From NCBI RefSeq assembly GCF_000284115.1, contig NC_017080.1:2040001-2072000 (forward strand): 32,000 nt of DNA, given 5' to 3'. This document shows, in pieces, positions 28,193 to 32,000 of the stretch. Position 1 is the first letter of the stretch, and each line of letters opens with the position of its first letter. The notes beneath the pieces are model-generated. The model saw only the letters and a program-made list of their open reading frames with translations. It had not been told where the DNA came from and did no database searches. Source of the DNA: Phycisphaera mikurensis NBRC 102666 (GTDB taxonomy: Bacteria > Planctomycetota > Phycisphaerae > Phycisphaerales > Phycisphaeraceae). A program made the translations under genes and the position numbers.

Positions 28193-29593
28193 TCAGAGCG
28201 TGCCGGTCAGCGAGGCGACGGGGTCGCGGCAGAAGTCGATCGCGGCGGACCCGGCGGGGCGGTGGTTGCCGGAGTGGCCGACGCCGCCGAAGGGCAGCTT
28301 GCCGGAGGCCCCGGTCGTCGGCGTGTTGAGGTTGACGACCCCGGCCCGCACCGCGTGGCGGAAGCTCTCGAAGGCCGCGGGCTCCGAGGTGAAGAGCGCG
28401 GCGGCGAGGCCGTAGCGGGTGGCGTTCGCGGCGGCGATCGCCTCGTCGAGGCCCTCCACGCGGCGGACCGTGAGCAGCGGGCCGAAGACCTCCCGGTCGG
28501 CGAGGCCCTCCGGCGGGGCGACGCCGGTGACGTCCAGCACGCCGGGCCGGAGCACGGCGGGGCGGCCGGCGTCTTGGCGGAGGCGGACGAGCGGGGTCGC
28601 GCCGGCCTCCAGCCAGGCGGCCTCCGCGGCGAGCACCGCCTCGGCGGCGGGGGCGTCGATCAGCGGGCCGAGGTCCGTGGCGGGCTCGTCGAGGAAGTGC
28701 CCGGCCGTCAAGCGGCCCGCCGCTTCGGCCACCGCGGCGGGCACGGCGGCGGCGGAGGCGGTGACGATCAGCCGCCGGGCGCAGGTGCAGCGCTGCCCGC
28801 TGGTGGCGAAGGCGGAGGCGAGCACGAGCCGCGCGACGGCGGCGGTGTCGCCCCCGTCGACGCGGTGGGCGACGACGGGGTTGTTGCCGCCGAGCTCGAG
28901 CGCGAGCATCCGCTCGGGGAACGGGCCATAGGCCTCCGCGAGGGCGAGGCCGGCGGGGCGTCCGCCGGTGAAGAGCACGCCGTCGACCGCGGGCTCGCGC
29001 GTCGGGTCGGTGAGGGCGACGGCCGTGTCGCGGCCGCCCTGCAGGCAGGTCAGCACGCCCCCGGGCAGGCCGGCTTCCCGCCAGAGGTCTGCGAGGAAGG
29101 CCCCGCTCGCCGGCGTCCGCTCGCTGGGCTTGAAGAGCACGGCGTTGCCGGCGAGCAGGGCGGGCGTGATCTGCCCGTTGGGTAGGTGGACCGGGAAGTT
29201 GAAGGGCCCGAGCACCGCGAGCACGCCCAGCGGGCGGTGGGACAGCCCCGCGACGGTGCCGTTGGGCAGGGCGAAGTCGTCCACGACGCGGGCGGCGGCC
29301 GCCGCGAGCGTGGCGTCGGCCTTGGGCGCGAGCAGGCCGGCCTCGGCGGCGGCGTCGGCGAGCGTCTTGCCCGCCTCGGCGGCGATCAGCCGGGCGAGCC
29401 GGGGCGCGGCCGCGCGGGCGAGGTCGGCGAAGCGGCGGAGGACGGCGGCGCGGGCGTCGGTCCCGGCGGCGGACCACCCGGGCTGGGCGGCGCGGGCCGC
29501 GGCGAGCGCCGCGGCCACGGCGGCGCCGTCGGCGGCCTCGCCGGCGAAGAGGGTCTCGCCGGTCACGGGGTCGGTGGAGGTGAAAGCAGCCAT
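28193..29593 (-). CDS. astD: succinylglutamate-semialdehyde dehydrogenase
   Basis: ALDH fold; ILGPFNFPVHLPNGQITPALLAGNAVLFKPSE; LALELGGNNPV; GQRCTCARRLIV. Confidence 0.93.
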   Translation of the reverse strand: MAAFTSTDPVTGETLFAGEAADGAAVAAALAAARAAQPGWSAAGTDARAAVLRRFADLARAAAPRLARLIAAEAGKTLADAAAEAGLLAPKADATLAAAAARVVDDFALPNGTVAGLSHRPLGVLAVLGPFNFPVHLPNGQITPALLAGNAVLFKPSERTPASGAFLADLWREAGLPGGVLTCLQGGRDTAVALTDPTREPAVDGVLFTGGRPAGLALAEAYGPFPERMLALELGGNNPVVAHRVDGGDTAAVARLVLASAFATSGQRCTCARRLIVTASAAAVPAAVAEAAGRLTAGHFLDEPATDLGPLIDAPAAEAVLAAEAAWLEAGATPLVRLRQDAGRPAVLRPGVLDVTGVAPPEGLADREVFGPLLTVRRVEGLDEAIAAANATRYGLAAALFTSEPAAFESFRHAVRAGVVNLNTPTTGASGKLPFGGVGHSGNHRPAGSAAIDFCRDPVASLTGTL

Positions 29594-29596
29594 GGT

Positions 29597-30592
29597 TCAG
29601 CGGGGGGTGGCGTGGACGGCATCGCCAACGGAGACCTGCAGAGCGTCCAAGGCGGCGGGGGGGAGCCTGACCACGTCCCCGACCTCCGCCGCCGCGAGCA
29701 CGCAGCGGAACGGGCCGGAGGCCCGCGCGACCAGGTGCGTCGGCGGCGCGTCGCCGCCGGGCCCGGCCGCTTCGACCGGCCGCTCGACCGCGTCGCGGAC
29801 GCTGCGGATCTCGCGTGTCGCGCACGAGAAGACGGGCCCGGCGTCGAAGATGTCCACCGCGTCCGCGAAGGCGAAGCCCTCGCGCTCGAGCATCCGGCGG
29901 GCCGGCAGGGTCTCGGGCATCACCTGCCCGATGACCGCCTGCGCCTCGTCGGACAGCAGGCAGACGTCGATGGGCTGGCGCGGCATCAGCTCGGCGATGA
30001 AGCGCTTGTCGGTGGCGGACAGCCGGTCCGCGGCGGTGTAGCCCAGGCCGAAGTAGCGGTCGCCGATGGCGTCCCAGAAGGCGTTGCCGCCGTCGGGCCG
30101 CACCGGCGGGCGCAGCTCGGCGAGCGTGGTGTCGGCGAAACCGGCGAGGTCACGCCGCATGAAGAGGTAGCGGCAGCCCGAGAGCAGCCGGCCCAGCCCC
30201 GCCGCGGAGCCGCGGGCGCCGGGGTGGAGCAGCAGCGTGCCGACCTCGGTCGGCCCGTGGTGCCGGGCCTCGAGGTGCAGCGTGGCGATGTCGCGGGTGA
30301 ACCCCAGCGCGTGGCTCTGGACCGTCCGCGTCTCCAGCCGGTACGCGTACCACGGCTCGCCGGTGCCGACCCGCCGGACGAGGCCGGACACACCGACGAC
30401 CGCGCCGGAGGGGTCTTCCATCGCCATCAGCGGCGCCTCGCCGCGGCGCGAGGCCTCGACGCGGGCCGCGATGAAGCTCCCGTCGGCGGGCAGCGAGGTG
30501 AAGGCTTGGCCGGCGGTCTCCGCCAGCGCCAGGAGCGCCGGCACGTCCTGCTCGCGCACGCCGCGGACCGTGTGGGGTTGGAGCGGTTTCAT
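29597..30592 (-). CDS. astA: arginine N-succinyltransferase
   Basis: VREQDVPALLALAETAGQAFTSLPAD; LFMRRDLAGFADTTLAELRPPV; FWDAIGDRYFGLGYTAADRLS; TLPARRMLEREGF. ATG at 30592 within an ATGA overlap. Confidence 0.93.
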   Translation of the reverse strand: MKPLQPHTVRGVREQDVPALLALAETAGQAFTSLPADGSFIAARVEASRRGEAPLMAMEDPSGAVVGVSGLVRRVGTGEPWYAYRLETRTVQSHALGFTRDIATLHLEARHHGPTEVGTLLLHPGARGSAAGLGRLLSGCRYLFMRRDLAGFADTTLAELRPPVRPDGGNAFWDAIGDRYFGLGYTAADRLSATDKRFIAELMPRQPIDVCLLSDEAQAVIGQVMPETLPARRMLEREGFAFADAVDIFDAGPVFSCATREIRSVRDAVERPVEAAGPGGDAPPTHLVARASGPFRCVLAAAEVGDVVRLPPAALDALQVSVGDAVHATPR

Positions 30593-31941
30593 GCGGCGGT
30601 CCGCGGATTCAAGAGCGCTTCGCCTCCGTCGGCGAGGCGGAGCAGCAGGCGGGCGGTGGCGTCGGCCCGCTCCTGGAGGCTGTCGATGACGAGGTACTCC
30701 TCGCCGGTGTGGATGTGGTCGCCGCGGACGCCCAGCGTGTCGACCACGGGGCAGCCGGCGGCGGCGATGCGGTTGCCGTCGCACACACCCCCGGTTTCGC
30801 GGAGGCCGGGCCGGGCCCCGCTGGCGGCTTCGACCGCGTCGCGGGCGGCGTCGAGCAGCGTGGCGGTCGCGCCCGCGGCCGGCCGCGGCGGCGCGTGCGC
30901 CACCCGCAGCACCTCGACCTCCACGCCGAAGCGGTGCGCCGCCGCGGCGGCCGCGCCGCGGACCGCGGCCTCCGCGGCGGCCTCCGCGTCGCGGTCCGCG
31001 GCGCGGGTGTTCAGCCGGAGCACCGCGGCGTCGGCCACGGCGTTGGCCGGGCCGCCGCCGTCGACGGCGCCGCAGTTGAAGGTGCAGCCGGGGCGGTCGT
31101 TGAGCTCCACCATCGCGGCCACCGCCGCGCAGGCCGCGTGCACCGCGCTGCGCCCGGCCGCGAAGTCCCGCCCGGCGTGGGCCGCCCTCCCGCGGAAGCC
31201 GATCGACCAGCGGGACGACCCGCCGCGGGCGCCCACCAGCGAGCCATCCGGCAGCGACGGCTCGAAGAGCAGCGCCGCGTGGTGCCGGCGCGCCTCCTCT
31301 GCCAGCAGGCCCGCGGAGCCCGGCGAGCCGATCTCCTCGTCGGGGTTGAGCACCACCGTCCACCCCAGCCGTTGTTTCTGCCGCTGCGTCGCCGCCGCCT
31401 CGAAGCGCTCCAGCCCGCCGAGCATCACCGCGATGCCGCCGCGGGCGTCGGCCACGCCGGGGCCGATCAACCGGTCGCCCTCCACCCTCACCGGCACCGC
31501 CGAGGCCTCCGGCCCGTGCACCGTGTCGGCGTGGATGTTCAGCAGGACGCGGAACGGGGCGTCGGCCCGCTTCCGCGCGACCGCGGCGGCGCACAGCGGC
31601 GTGGAGGCGGCGCGGCCGCGGGCGTCGAGGTCGGCGACGGCGGGGAGTCCGACCCGCTCCACCGCGCCGGCCAGCGGGGCGAGGGCTTCCGCGGCGATCC
31701 GCTCGAGCAGCGCATCGACGGCGGGCTGATCGGCGGTGCCGCCGCCGGCGTCGCACCACGCGCGGACGCGGTCGAGCAGGAGCTGGGAGTGAGAGCGGGT
31801 CAAGACGGAGTGCGGGTGCAAGCGGGAACCCGTCGCCCGAGGCGAAGGGTGGGAGCCGATCACCCCGAGCCCGGCCCCGGCGGCCGCCCGGTGGATCTTG
31901 CTGGACGCCGCCGACGCTAGCCGGTGGGGCCGGCCTGTCAA
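30589..31941 (-). CDS. M20 family metallopeptidase/hydrolase (start uncertain)
   Basis: LLNIHADTVHG; GPGVADARGGIAVML; VVLNPDEEIGSPGS; GRAAHAGRDF; GVRGDHIHTGEEYL motifs; coupled to astA. Confidence 0.88.
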   Translation of the reverse strand: MTGRPHRLASAASSKIHRAAAGAGLGVIGSHPSPRATGSRLHPHSVLTRSHSQLLLDRVRAWCDAGGGTADQPAVDALLERIAAEALAPLAGAVERVGLPAVADLDARGRAASTPLCAAAVARKRADAPFRVLLNIHADTVHGPEASAVPVRVEGDRLIGPGVADARGGIAVMLGGLERFEAAATQRQKQRLGWTVVLNPDEEIGSPGSAGLLAEEARRHHAALLFEPSLPDGSLVGARGGSSRWSIGFRGRAAHAGRDFAAGRSAVHAACAAVAAMVELNDRPGCTFNCGAVDGGGPANAVADAAVLRLNTRAADRDAEAAAEAAVRGAAAAAAHRFGVEVEVLRVAHAPPRPAAGATATLLDAARDAVEAASGARPGLRETGGVCDGNRIAAAGCPVVDTLGVRGDHIHTGEEYLVIDSLQERADATARLLLRLADGGEALLNPRTAA

Positions 31942-32000
31942 GGCGGCGAAAGCGTCGCCCCGAGCCCGCCGCCGCGCGAGGCCGCGCGGCCCTCCGAGGC

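Noticed and set aside
29186-31729. 847-aa plus-strand ORF, with similar long antisense ORFs at 25290..27134, 26551..28329 and 12033..13940
   Set aside because: Antisense to astA/astD/M20, argG/astB and purF respectively; no domain evidence.

Overview
GC-rich (about 70-75%) bacterial chromosomal window. Gene content and protein style suggest a planctomycete (Phycisphaerae-like), but that is inference. Dense bacterial coding produces many long spurious antisense and out-of-frame ORFs, which I ignored. From left to right:
- An AAA+ ATPase, followed by the first codons of a downstream gene that may be an S8-type protease (IetAS-like layout).
- A small hypothetical ORF.
- A HARE-HTH + GIY-YIG nuclease fusion.
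- A large SWIM + SNF2 helicase.
- A CPBP/CAAX protease.
- tRNA-Ala(CGC) with a recognisable promoter and a downstream hairpin.
- A hook-less SbcC/YhaN-like ATPase coupled to an SbcD/YhaO-like nuclease.
- purF, an orphan NrdJb-like class II RNR C-terminal module, and a sulfotransferase.
- An NtrC-type sigma-54 regulator, a GAAGC-type intergenic repeat, and ispF.
- A NeuD-like acyltransferase divergent from an NAD(P)H-hydrate epimerase.
- Two coupled secreted/membrane hypotheticals, PhoH, a PgpH-like 7TM-HD hydrolase, and PilZ.
- argG, then an arginine succinyltransferase (AST) cluster (astB, astD, astA) coupled to an M20 hydrolase.
The most interesting parts are the left 2.6-6.7 kb (possible small defence/genome-maintenance neighbourhood), the orphan NrdJb, the coiled-coil ATPase/nuclease pair, the AST cluster with an M20 enzyme where AstE would be expected, and the GAAGC-type inverted repeat. 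I see no CRISPR array, prophage, transposase or rRNA.
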